Notes: a model not told the origin generated them from the sequence alone. Positions 7,611 to 16,179 are shown, numbered from the stretch's first letter. The stretch is DNA of 39,237 nucleotides from Deltaproteobacteria bacterium (GCA_037439645.1 JBBIVQ010000026.1:1-39237); one strand, 5' to 3'. Numbers and translations are program-made.

Positions 7611-9740
7611 CCCGGTCAGGTGATAGAAACGGCTCGGCCTTCCGGAGCCGGGCGCAGGCTTTGTCCGGACCGCGATGTCCCCGCGCTGCTCGAGCGTCGC
7701 CACGAGTTCGAGAAACTCCCTGGCCCCGACCTTCATGCGCTTCAAAAGCACGCTGTGGGGAAGTTCCCCTTCCGGGGCATCCCGGAGCTTCTGGAGGAAC
7801 TTAAGGCACTCGCCGTCGAAGGGACTCTGCGCGACGTGGACCGCCGCCTTGAAGAGCATCCGCCGGGTCTGGTGCAGGATGAATGCCTTCGCCCATTCGG
7901 CGGCCGCCTTGCCGATTTCCGGACTCTCGTGGTTCTCGCTCACCGCGTACACCAAGGCGAGCTTTCGGACGTGTTCGCTGACGCGTCCCCACACGGTCGT
8001 GCCGACCGCGTCCCCGGAATCTTCGGCCCGGGCGCACTCTTCTTCCGCCTCGCAACGAGCCTCGATCAGAACAGCCTTGGCCTTCTCGGTGTGGGGGACG
8101 GTCCGCGGCTCGGGATGCCAGTCCGCGAGGTTCCCTCTGCCAGGGCGATAATTCGCCCACCACTTGGCGGTCTCCAGGACTCGCGCAGTAAGGGGCTTTC
8201 TGCGCGGTTCCTGGCCCGGGGCCCGCTTTCCGCATTCCAGGATGATCATCCGGGCAAAGAAGCCGTTGGTGAGCATCCGCTCGGAGAGCGCCTCGTAGTA
8301 GTGGTTGGGGATCGCCGTGCCGAAGATCACCAGGTGCGGTTGGTCGATCACCCCGGGCGATTCGTTGCCGGCCTTGCTCCGCATCGTGAAGACCGAGTCG
8401 GCCGTGGAGTACATCATGAGAAGCGTGCTCATGATGCTTTCGTGGCGGGCGTCTTTCGCCTTGTTGATCGACTGGAGCATCCCGTCGATCTCGTCGGTCT
8501 GGAAGAGCTTGCACGGCTGGAGATAAAGCGCATCCTGCATGCCCTCTCCCGATGCGAAACGGCTGCCGAGGTAATCCTGCAACCCGACAGCGTGCAGGAT
8601 CTCGGCGTTTAACTTCCTCGGTCGGTCCTTGCCGGCGGCGGAGTGGGCCAAGCCCAGAAGGTAGAGGTTGGTCCGGTTGTCCCCGGGATCGCACACCTTG
8701 CGCCCGGCCAGGGTCGCCTGAAGGGCCAGCGCGCTGCAGAAGGCCATCACCGGGTTCGGGTACGGAGCGATCTCCAGACAGTGGTCCATCACCTCGGAGA
8801 CAAATCCAGGGATGCGCAGGAGCTCGTCGGGTAAGAGTCCCGGATCGCTCGGGGCCGGGGCTGTGGCACCAGAGGGCTCGCCCGAATGGTCCTGCCCCCA
8901 GTGGTCCTCGGCCATGTCGACCGCCACCGTGTCTGGCTCGTACCGGCAGATGCTGGTCGCGATCCGTTCGACCTCTCGCGCGGGAAGAGGCGGCCTGCAC
9001 CGGTCCTGGTTTGTACGTTCCAGGGCGGCGAGGATCTCGTCCCGGGTCATCCCCACCCGGCGCATGTTCCCCGCCAGGCGCGCCAGGGTGGCGTTTCTCT
9101 GGCCTTCCGGGACCAGGTTGCCGTCCGCCGGCAGATCCGCGCCCCGGGGCGAACCGTGTGCGACAGGCGCCGGAATCTGGTCGTCCCCGTTGATCGCGCC
9201 AGTTCCTCGAGAAAAGAGGTCGCCCGGGCTGTCCAGAAGCTTCATCAACCAGTCTGGGGGTTCCGGAAGTTCGTCCGGGGCGACGTTCAGTTCGAACGTC
9301 TCTGCCCAACGGTAAGACTTGCCGTCGAAAACCGAGGGCGGAACGACGATGTACCCGCCGTCGGCCCGGGTATCAACGTGAGGTCCAAGTTTTCCTGTCG
9401 TGCTCCGAAAGGCCCGTCCGCTGGGTTGACGGAAGACGTGGTGCCGGCCGCCCCGCGGTGTAAGGGAGATCGGACCGCACGCCAGCTCCGCCGCTTTCTC
9501 CGCGTCTCCGGGCCAGCGGTTGTCCTGCCCGTCCACGTCGACGACGAGTAGCCCCGCGGTCGGAATCCCAATGTTGGCGTCCAGATGCGTCTCCCACCAC
9601 GCCTTGATCTGCGCGGAATCGGTGGTCGCGTCCTTGAAACCGTGGGGCGTAAGCGGTGTCTTGCCCCCGGGCACGCAGGGGAAAACGGGGTATCCCAGCC
9701 CGGCGTACCGGCGGGCGACGTTGACCAGTTGCTCCGTCAA
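7560..9740 (-). CDS. Bifunctional DNA primase/polymerase (Prim-Pol N-terminal domain, PriCT-like middle, DUF3987-like C-terminal region)
   Basis: MTEQLVNVARRYAGLGYPVFPCVPGGKTPLTPHGFKDAT...GLLVVDVDG...GGRHHVF matches the Prim-Pol catalytic core; NATLARLAGNMRRVGMTRDEILAAL is PriCT-like. TTG start coupled to the helicase stop (TTGA). Confidence 0.75.
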   Translation of the reverse strand: MTEQLVNVARRYAGLGYPVFPCVPGGKTPLTPHGFKDATTDSAQIKAWWETHLDANIGIPTAGLLVVDVDGQDNRWPGDAEKAAELACGPISLTPRGGRHHVFRQPSGRAFRSTTGKLGPHVDTRADGGYIVVPPSVFDGKSYRWAETFELNVAPDELPEPPDWLMKLLDSPGDLFSRGTGAINGDDQIPAPVAHGSPRGADLPADGNLVPEGQRNATLARLAGNMRRVGMTRDEILAALERTNQDRCRPPLPAREVERIATSICRYEPDTVAVDMAEDHWGQDHSGEPSGATAPAPSDPGLLPDELLRIPGFVSEVMDHCLEIAPYPNPVMAFCSALALQATLAGRKVCDPGDNRTNLYLLGLAHSAAGKDRPRKLNAEILHAVGLQDYLGSRFASGEGMQDALYLQPCKLFQTDEIDGMLQSINKAKDARHESIMSTLLMMYSTADSVFTMRSKAGNESPGVIDQPHLVIFGTAIPNHYYEALSERMLTNGFFARMIILECGKRAPGQEPRRKPLTARVLETAKWWANYRPGRGNLADWHPEPRTVPHTEKAKAVLIEARCEAEEECARAEDSGDAVGTTVWGRVSEHVRKLALVYAVSENHESPEIGKAAAEWAKAFILHQTRRMLFKAAVHVAQSPFDGECLKFLQKLRDAPEGELPHSVLLKRMKVGAREFLELVATLEQRGDIAVRTKPAPGSGRPSRFYHLTGRGEKETGEGEGKADGG

Positions 9741-11455
9741 AACGGAACGTCCTCGTTTCCTGCCGCCGCGGTACCGGCAGGAGTATATTCCCGTTCGATC
9801 TCACCGATCTCTTTCTCGTCCCAGCCCGGTTCCCGCCACGGGGGTTTCTCCGCGAGTTCGTGCCCGACGATCTGCGAATACTCCTGGCCGGCGATGCTTC
9901 GGACCGTGATCGACTTGGTCTTGCACAGGGCCCCGTCCTCCGCGAGCGCCACCGCCTCCTCCGCCGATTCCGGGACCGAGGCGTGGGAGCGCCTGCGCCA
10001 CCACTGCTCGGCCTTTCTCTTGGCGAAGCCTGTGTGCTCGAAGCAGACCCACTCGGACTGGTACTGGTTGAATCCCAGGCGATACTCCACCCGCATCGTT
10101 CTCGACGCGTCGGCGGGGGCGCCCCGCTTCTGGTGGACGAAATATCGGATCTCCTGGACCGCATATTCTTCGGTCTTCACTTGGCCCGAGAGGATCCCCT
10201 CGGTGGACGCGGTCACCGCGTGCTTCCGTGGATTCTTGTCGGGGAACTCATACCCGCAGTCGGGGCACGTTGAATGACCTGCCGCGATCAAGCTGTTGCA
10301 CTCGGGGCACTCCTTGGCAGGTGCCTCCCCGTTGCCATCTCGGTCCACCTTCCGGACGCGGACGGCATCCACCGGCCCGTGCCGCATCACGTTTCCGCCG
10401 AAGTCCAGGACCAGGCAGTTCTCCTTCCCCGGGTTGAGGCGGAAGCCACGCCCGACCATCTGGTAGTAGAGCCCGGGCGACAGCGTCGGCCGCAGCATGG
10501 CCACGCAGTCGACGTTGGGGGCATCGAAGCCGGTTGTGAGCACGTTGACGTTGACCAGGTATTTGAGCCGGCCCGCCTTGAATTCCGAGAGTATCCGGTC
10601 CCGATCGCAATCGGGCGTCTCTCCGAAGACGGTGCCGGCCTGTGCACCGAACTTCCCGCGCAAGACGTCCGCAACGTGCCTTCCGTGCGCCACCCCTGCG
10701 GCGAAGACGAGCACCGAATTGCGGTTGCGGGTCTGCTCGATGATCTCCCCGCAGGCCGACTCCACCCGATCGTCAGTATTCATCAGGTCCTCGACCTCTC
10801 CGGCAACGAACTCACCGGCGCGCACGTGGAGCCCCGAGGTGTCGACTTTTTCGCGGCTTGCCTTGGTGACCAGCGGGCAGAGGTAACCCTGGACGATCAG
10901 TTCCTTGACGCCGATCTCGTAGCAGACGTGGTTAAGGATGTTCTCCGGTTCGCAGATCATTCCGCTCTTCATCCGGTAGGGCGTCGCGGTCAGCCCGATC
11001 AGGCGCACGTTGGGGTTGACCTTCCGGGCGTCCTCCAGGAACGTCTGGTACATCCCGTCGCCGTCCGGGGGGATCATGTGGGTCTCGTCGATGACGATCA
11101 GGTCGAAGGGGTCAAACTCGCAGGCACGCTTGTAGACCGACTGAATACCCGCAACGATGATCGGGTGCTCGGTGTCCCGGGTCTTTAGGCCCGCGGAATA
11201 GACCCCGGTCTTCATCCACATCTCCGGTGCTACCAGGTGGAGCTTCTCCCGGTTCTGCTCGAGCAGCTCCTTGACATGCGCCAGGATCATGACGCGCCCG
11301 TTCCAACGCCCCACCGCGTCCTTGCAGACCTGGGCCATGACCGGGGTTTTGCCCCCGCCGGTCGGGATCACGACGCAGGGGTTGTCGTCACGCTCCCGGA
11401 GGTGGCGGTAGATCGCCTCCAACGCTTCGAGCTGGTACGGTCGAAGTTCGAGCAT
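9737..11455 (-). CDS. SF2 DEAD/DEAH-box (ResIII-type) DNA helicase with C-terminal zinc ribbon
   Basis: PYQLEALEAI...VIPTGGGKT (motif I), VIDETHMI (DExH), LTATP, VLTTGFDAP, QMVGRGFR (motif VI), CPECNSLIAAGHSTCPDCGYEF zinc ribbon; AAGGAAGGA SD upstream of ATG 11455. Confidence 0.8.
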   Translation of the reverse strand: MLELRPYQLEALEAIYRHLRERDDNPCVVIPTGGGKTPVMAQVCKDAVGRWNGRVMILAHVKELLEQNREKLHLVAPEMWMKTGVYSAGLKTRDTEHPIIVAGIQSVYKRACEFDPFDLIVIDETHMIPPDGDGMYQTFLEDARKVNPNVRLIGLTATPYRMKSGMICEPENILNHVCYEIGVKELIVQGYLCPLVTKASREKVDTSGLHVRAGEFVAGEVEDLMNTDDRVESACGEIIEQTRNRNSVLVFAAGVAHGRHVADVLRGKFGAQAGTVFGETPDCDRDRILSEFKAGRLKYLVNVNVLTTGFDAPNVDCVAMLRPTLSPGLYYQMVGRGFRLNPGKENCLVLDFGGNVMRHGPVDAVRVRKVDRDGNGEAPAKECPECNSLIAAGHSTCPDCGYEFPDKNPRKHAVTASTEGILSGQVKTEEYAVQEIRYFVHQKRGAPADASRTMRVEYRLGFNQYQSEWVCFEHTGFAKRKAEQWWRRRSHASVPESAEEAVALAEDGALCKTKSITVRSIAGQEYSQIVGHELAEKPPWREPGWDEKEIGEIEREYTPAGTAAAGNEDVPF

Positions 11456-11839
11456 TTACGGAGTCCTTCCTTGCGAAGGGGCGCCATTGTCGGGAACCGC
11501 TCGGATTGCCACCCGGACGGCATACTCGCCGGGCTTTCCCCGTTCCTGGGCATACCGCCACTCGATCCGGGAGGAGCCGTCTTCCACCCGCAGGCCATCC
11601 GCAACCCCGTCTCGCACTGCTTTCAGCGCCGACGCAAGGTTGTCGGAATCGAGGACGCGCGGACCGATTCTCGTGAGCGTGATTGCGACGGGTCCCGACT
11701 TCGGAAGGGCACAGCGGGCCGCCCGGACGAGCAACCGGGCAGCCTCGCGCTGTTTCTTCGCCCTGCGGGCACGCTTCCCCCAATGGCCCCTCTGGTTCGC
11801 CTCCGACCAGGTCCGGACCGGAATCAGGACCTCGATCAC
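11456..11839 (-). CDS. RusA-like Holliday-junction resolvase (putative)
   Basis: GTG start overlapping the DUF669 stop (GTGA). VRTWSEANQRGHW...RVLDSDNLASALKAVRDGVADGLRVEDGSSRI parallels RusA PSNNRYY...RRRDLDNLQKAAFDAL...DDAQV (Asp cluster). The ORF-track N-terminal 40 aa are judged a spurious extension. Confidence 0.5.
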   Translation of the reverse strand: MIEVLIPVRTWSEANQRGHWGKRARRAKKQREAARLLVRAARCALPKSGPVAITLTRIGPRVLDSDNLASALKAVRDGVADGLRVEDGSSRIEWRYAQERGKPGEYAVRVAIRAVPDNGAPSQGRTP

Positions 11840-12291
11840 TTCCGGGCCCAGGGAGGGGTGCTCGTCGTCTCCTGCTGGGGCTGGCCGGTCGCCGCCTCTT
11901 TCTTGGCGTAGCTGCGGATCTCGTTGACGATCTCGTCGGTGTCCTCCCGTTTCTTGCACTTGACGGTGATCTGAAGCGGGAGGTTGTGGAGTTCGAGCGA
12001 GTCCTTGGGCTGCATCACGCCCACCGCCCGGCAGACGGCGGAGAGCTGCGCCCGGGCGATCTCCACCGCCTGCTTGTTCGGGTTGTCGAGGTTAAGCCGC
12101 GCCCAGAGCAGCCGGTTTTTGTACGGGCCTTCGATCACCTGGAAGGTGAGCTCCAGGAAGCTTCCGCTTCCGTTCTTGGTCGGCTTCATCCCCGAGTCGG
12201 TGATGATCGCCAGGTACTTCCCGGCCGGGATCGGTTCGAAGTCGAGCGCGGGATCGACGTTGCTCGCGTTGAATCCGTGCAGGTTCGCCAT
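11836..12291 (-). CDS. DUF669-family phage protein (SSB-like partner of Sak4-type ATPases)
   Basis: MANLHGFNASNVDPALDFEPIPAGKYLAIITDSGMKPTKNGSGSFLELTFQVIEGPYKNRLLWARLNLDNPNKQAVEIARAQL matches the DUF669 consensus (PAGKY...TK.G...L.L.F.I.EG...R.I...LNL...N). AAAGGAGA SD; the track's upstream 78 aa are a spurious extension. Confidence 0.7.
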   Translation of the reverse strand: MANLHGFNASNVDPALDFEPIPAGKYLAIITDSGMKPTKNGSGSFLELTFQVIEGPYKNRLLWARLNLDNPNKQAVEIARAQLSAVCRAVGVMQPKDSLELHNLPLQITVKCKKREDTDEIVNEIRSYAKKEAATGQPQQETTSTPPWARK

Positions 12292-12293
12292 GG

Positions 12294-13052
12294 TCAGTTG
12301 TCTCCTTTGGGCGTGTCCGTGATCAGGTAGTGGGCGTAGGCGTTCCAGTCGAGCGGCAGTTCGTCGGGAAGGTTCAGGCGGTTCTTCGCCACGTGGGCGG
12401 GACGCTCCTGCGTCCGGATGATCCGCTCGCCGGAGCCCACCCCTTGCGCCCGCTTGCGGTTGAAGCCCTCGTCGGACTGCTTGGTGTAGACCTTGTAGGT
12501 GGCGAAGAGGACCTCGTCGCACCATTCCTGGACGATCGCCGCCGCGAGCTTGTGCAGGCGGGGGACGTACCGGTCGTAGGACTCCGTCTCGGGATTCTCG
12601 AACCGTTCGATCCGGGCGTGCGCGATGAGGACGGCGGTCATCCCCCGGTCGGCCCGGAGCGCGGAGAGTCCTTCAAGGAACTCGCGCCACTGGGTGAGGG
12701 AAAAAACGTACCCCTTTGCGTAGCCGATCTCCTCGATGTTCTCGACGTTGCGCTTCCGGCACACCTCCGCCCAGATGAAGCGCTCCAGCCAGTCAAGAGA
12801 ATCGACCACGATCGTCTGGTAGACGTGCTTCTCGGTGTAGAGCTCCGAGAGGGCGCCCATCGCCTCGTTGAAGCTCGTGACCAGGGGCAGCTTGTCGCAG
12901 TCGATCTCCCCCAACCCGTCCTCGGTCTGGAGGAAGATCGGTTTGGGCGCGCACGAGGCGAACGTCGACTTCCCGATGCCGTGCGTGCCGTAGAGCATCA
13001 CCCGCCTGGGGGCGGGAGTTTTCCCGCAGACAACCTGTTCCAGCAAACCCAT
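12294..13052 (-). CDS. Phage-type AAA_24 (Sak4-like, RecA-core) ATPase
   Basis: MGLLEQVVCGKTPAPRRVMLYGTHGIGKSTFA Walker A, VVDSLDWLE Walker B-like block; GGAGGTG SD 8 nt before ATG 13052. Canonical Sak4/AAA_24-DUF669 pairing with the downstream gene. Confidence 0.7.
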   Translation of the reverse strand: MGLLEQVVCGKTPAPRRVMLYGTHGIGKSTFASCAPKPIFLQTEDGLGEIDCDKLPLVTSFNEAMGALSELYTEKHVYQTIVVDSLDWLERFIWAEVCRKRNVENIEEIGYAKGYVFSLTQWREFLEGLSALRADRGMTAVLIAHARIERFENPETESYDRYVPRLHKLAAAIVQEWCDEVLFATYKVYTKQSDEGFNRKRAQGVGSGERIIRTQERPAHVAKNRLNLPDELPLDWNAYAHYLITDTPKGDN

Positions 13053-13082
13053 GTAAGTCACCTCCGTTGATGGAATTCCGTT

Positions 13083-13931
13083 TCAGATCCAGTCAAAGAC
13101 TCGGATGTCCTCGTACCCGGTCGGATAGTGGTCGCGCTCGCGGCAGGCCTTCAGACGCTCGATTGCCTCCTCGTTCTCCTTCTGGGCGATCCCCAGGACC
13201 TCCTCGCTCATCCGCCACACGCCGCAACGGAACGGCTCTCGCTTCTCTACGGCGATGAGGTGGACCGGGACGACAACTCCGGAAATGCAGGTCAGAAGGG
13301 ATCTGTAGAAGGACGTCTGGCGGGCATAGCCGTACGAGCGTGCGTCCATCTGAAGCCAATCGAGGTTGTCGCAGGTTTTCAGATCGACGATGCCGCGCTG
13401 CGGAGAAAGCCAGTCGAACCGCGCCTGGCACGCAACGCCGCAGTACTCGGCCCGGACTACGCCTTCCGGAGCGCCGTCGGACAGAAGCGCCGCCGCGTGC
13501 TCGTGGGCGCGGACGGCGGCGTTCATGTTCTCGATGAGCGCGATCTGCTCGTCGGAGAGGACCGGCTTCCCCTGCGCCTCGGCCCAATCCATGAAGGTCT
13601 TCGTGCGGCTGCCGAACGGCTCGCCCGTCTTCGGATTGACGGGCCCGCCGAAGGCATATCCCCGCTCGAAGGTCTCACGTCCATCGAGGATGAGCGTGTG
13701 CGTCGCACGGCCGATAAGGTAAGCGGGCCGATCCTCGTCCTTCACCAGCCCGAGCTCTTTCTTCCGGAACAGGAGCTGGTTGCGGCGAAACTCTGCCAGC
13801 TGGTGGCTCGACAGAAATCTGGCCGCCTGGGCGTGGTAGACCTCGGCCAATTCGCGGATGAGAAATGACAGGTCGCCGAAGAGAACGCCGTGCTCGCTGC
13901 GCCGCCTGCGGAATACGGTCGGAAGGGTCAT
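13083..13931 (-). CDS. PD-(D/E)XK superfamily nuclease (phage recombination exonuclease-like, Cas4/YqaJ-type fold)
   Basis: Real start MTLPTV at 13931 (the track's upstream 183 aa are low-complexity read-through). Contains ...RFDWLSPQRGIVDLKT... (D-x-K core) and conserved C-terminal Cys residues; positioned upstream of Sak4/DUF669. Confidence 0.6.
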   Translation of the reverse strand: MTLPTVFRRRRSEHGVLFGDLSFLIRELAEVYHAQAARFLSSHQLAEFRRNQLLFRKKELGLVKDEDRPAYLIGRATHTLILDGRETFERGYAFGGPVNPKTGEPFGSRTKTFMDWAEAQGKPVLSDEQIALIENMNAAVRAHEHAAALLSDGAPEGVVRAEYCGVACQARFDWLSPQRGIVDLKTCDNLDWLQMDARSYGYARQTSFYRSLLTCISGVVVPVHLIAVEKREPFRCGVWRMSEEVLGIAQKENEEAIERLKACRERDHYPTGYEDIRVFDWI

Positions 13932-14196
13932 GCCTGATCCTCCTGCCTTCTTTCGTGGGTCGAAATCGCCCCTGCCTGAGAGCGCCTCGGCCCGCGCGAA
14001 ATGTTGCGTGCCAGCGCCCGACACACGATGGAAAATCCGCCCGTTCGCCGTATAAGCGCCCGGAAACGTTCGGAATGTTGCGAGAAATCGGTGTAAGAAG
14101 CCGGCCAGAATCGCCTTGGAAGGGTCAAACCACGTGTGTACAGTCGAGATGAAACGTTCGGGCAATAGCCCGGCGCTACCTTTGGGAGGTGTCCAA

Positions 14197-14472
14197 GTGG
14201 ATAAAGAGACGGGCAAGAAGCAGAACGGAATCTCGGTGAAGAAGACCAGGAGAGGAGGGCGGCGGCCACCGCCACATCCTGATATCAAGCGCCATTGCTC
14301 GATGCTCAGCCCTGAAGAAACAGACGAGTTCGTCGAGGAGCTCGCAATGCTCATCGTGGAATTCATCAAAAAGAAGGGGATCGGCTCCCTCAAGGGTCCT
14401 ACCGACGATCCGGGCGGGATCGATAAGCCGGAATCTGAATCGCATCGAGATGTCCACCGCAAGAAGGAGTGA
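14197..14472 (+). CDS. Small basic protein (92 aa) immediately upstream of the serine recombinase; candidate regulator or recombination directionality factor
   Basis: GGAGG then 7 nt then GTG at 14197; N-terminus K/R-rich (VDKETGKKQNGISVKKTRRGGRRPP), C-terminal acidic helix; no family assignable by eye. Confidence 0.35.
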   Translation: MDKETGKKQNGISVKKTRRGGRRPPPHPDIKRHCSMLSPEETDEFVEELAMLIVEFIKKKGIGSLKGPTDDPGGIDKPESESHRDVHRKKE

Positions 14473-14479
14473 ATCGCCA

Positions 14480-16123
14480 ATGAAGAAGAATGCCGACCTG
14501 ATCGAGCAGATGGAACGAAAGGAGTGCGGTCTCTACCTTCGCGTCTCCACAGAAAGGCAGGCGTTGGTCAAGGAAGGGTCTCTGGACACTCAATTGGGGA
14601 CCTTGAAGAAGTTCTGCGAGATCAAGTCTTCGCACGGCAGTGAGGAATGGGTAGTGGCCGAGGTCTACCGCGAGGAGGGCAAGTCCGGCAAGAGCACCGA
14701 TCGACCCGAGTACAAGCGGATGATCCAGGACATCAAGGGGGGCAAACTCAACGCCGTTCTATGCACGAAGATCGACCGCATCCATCGGTCGCTGGTGGAT
14801 TTCTACCGGCTCCACGAGCTCTTGGAGAAGCACAACGTGGCTTTCGTCTCCCTGAGCGAAAACTGGGACACTTCGACCCCGATGGGGCGCTTCGGTCTGA
14901 AGCTCACTCTCGCGGTCGCCGAGCTGGAGCGGGAGCAAACCTCGCAACGGACGCGGGAGAAGCTGCAGTGGCGGGCGGAGGAAGGTCTATGGAACGGAGG
15001 ACAAATCTTGAGCTACGACATCGATCCCGACAATAAGGGCGTCCTGAAGGTCAACCCGACGGAGGCCAGAATCGTCCGGGAGATTTTCGAGACGTACCTC
15101 AAGTTCGGGTCCTTCCGGCGCACGGCGCATGCCATCAACGACAAGGGATATCGCTCGAAGGTCTACGAGTCCCGCCGCGGCCACATGCACGGCAACAACA
15201 AGTTCATCAAACAGGGCATCATCCACATCCTCTCGAATCCCGTCTACATCGGAAAGGTGAGCCACAAGGGAGAGACGTTCCAGGCCAAACACCAGCCTAT
15301 TATCGATGAGAAGCTCTGGAAGGATGTTCACACCCGTGTCAGCGCCAATCGGGTCGTGCGGGCGAAACCCCGACAACAGAAGATGCACTGCTTCGTCCTC
15401 GAAGGAATCGTCCGGTGCGGCGTCTGCGGCGCCTTCATGACGCCCTCGTACTCCGGCGGCCGAAACGGGGTCTACTTCTATTACACGTGGACTTCTGCGT
15501 ACAACGGAGCCGACGAGTGCAGTCTCAAGCGCGTCTGCGCGGAGGCTCTGGAAAACCTCATCGCGGAGCGCCTGAAAATGATGGCCCGCAATGAAGAGTC
15601 CGTGAAGCAGATCCTGGAGGAATCCAACCTTTGCGCAAAAAACGAGATGGCGATCGTCGAGGAACAGCGGGAAATGCAGAAGCGGGCCCTGGCGCCAATC
15701 GTCCAGGAGATCGCCAATATCGTACGGTTCATCGCCCAGGGCCGAGCCTCGGATGCCCTCGCCGGGGAGTTGGAGCGGCTCGAAGTGCAGAAAGCCCAAA
15801 TCGAAGGGGAACTGGAACGAATCGACCTCGAGGCGCGGGAGATCGCCAACCGCTCGCTCAACGCCCGGGCCATCCAGGAGGGGTTGGGCGTCTTCGAAGA
15901 AATCTGGGGAAACGCGACGCCAGACGAGCGGAAGGAGCTGATGCGGTTCTTCGTCTACAAGGTGGTCTTCACGCCGGCGGAAGTGAAAATGGGCCTCTAT
16001 TCGAGGCCCATTTTCGCAGGACAAGTGGAGTCCACCGTCACCGGTAACCACACGGGCGCGGGTGCAGTGGATCGTATGTACTGGCTCCCTGGGCAGGACT
16101 CGAACCTGCAACCTAGTGGTTAA
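14480..16123 (+). CDS. Large serine recombinase (integrase)
   Basis: MKKNADLIEQMERKECGLYLRVSTERQ... resolvase catalytic domain with nucleophile Ser in YLRVSTE, a recombinase domain, zinc ribbon CGVCGAFM...C and coiled coil. AGGAG SD 9 nt upstream of ATG 14480. The 3' 42 nt overlap tRNA-Asn on the opposite strand. Confidence 0.85.
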   Translation: MKKNADLIEQMERKECGLYLRVSTERQALVKEGSLDTQLGTLKKFCEIKSSHGSEEWVVAEVYREEGKSGKSTDRPEYKRMIQDIKGGKLNAVLCTKIDRIHRSLVDFYRLHELLEKHNVAFVSLSENWDTSTPMGRFGLKLTLAVAELEREQTSQRTREKLQWRAEEGLWNGGQILSYDIDPDNKGVLKVNPTEARIVREIFETYLKFGSFRRTAHAINDKGYRSKVYESRRGHMHGNNKFIKQGIIHILSNPVYIGKVSHKGETFQAKHQPIIDEKLWKDVHTRVSANRVVRAKPRQQKMHCFVLEGIVRCGVCGAFMTPSYSGGRNGVYFYYTWTSAYNGADECSLKRVCAEALENLIAERLKMMARNEESVKQILEESNLCAKNEMAIVEEQREMQKRALAPIVQEIANIVRFIAQGRASDALAGELERLEVQKAQIEGELERIDLEAREIANRSLNARAIQEGLGVFEEIWGNATPDERKELMRFFVYKVVFTPAEVKMGLYSRPIFAGQVESTVTGNHTGAGAVDRMYWLPGQDSNLQPSG

Positions 16124-16157
16124 CAGCCACCCGCTCTGCCGGTTGAGCTACCAGGGA
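16082..16157 (-). tRNA. tRNA-Asn (anticodon GTT), 76 nt with encoded CCA
   Basis: Manual fold of the RC sequence TCCCTGGTAGCTCAACCGGCAGAGCGGGTGGCTGTTAACCACTAGGTTGCAGGTTCGAGTCCTGCCCAGGGAGCCA. 7-bp acceptor stem; D-arm GCTC/GAGC; anticodon stem GGTGG/CCACT with loop CTGTTAA; T-arm GCAGG-TTCGAGT-CCTGC; discriminator G; CCA. Confidence 0.85.
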
Positions 16158-16179
16158 ACGTAGGAGCGGCAGACCCTGA

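Noticed and set aside
7263-7623. ORFs 7263..7445 (-) and 7417..7623 (+) and the thought that the repeats might be a CRISPR array
   Set aside because: Low-complexity translations produced by the iteron and (CA/CG)n repeats. Repeat units are 11-12 bp with irregular short spacing and mixed orientation, not CRISPR-like.
13083-14480. 465-aa version of the PD-(D/E)XK nuclease ORF, and the 167-aa and 229-aa versions of the RusA-like and DUF669 ORFs
   Set aside because: N-terminal portions are low-complexity read-through overlapping the upstream gene. Conserved domains begin at internal starts that have SD sequences or stop/start coupling.
1-16080. Search for a direct-repeat copy of the tRNA-Asn 3' half (…GGACTCGAACC…) that would mark attL
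   Set aside because: Scanning by eye found only unrelated short CTCGAACC matches (e.g. near 12556, 35610). No convincing second copy was found, so the left boundary could not be fixed. A proper computational search is needed.
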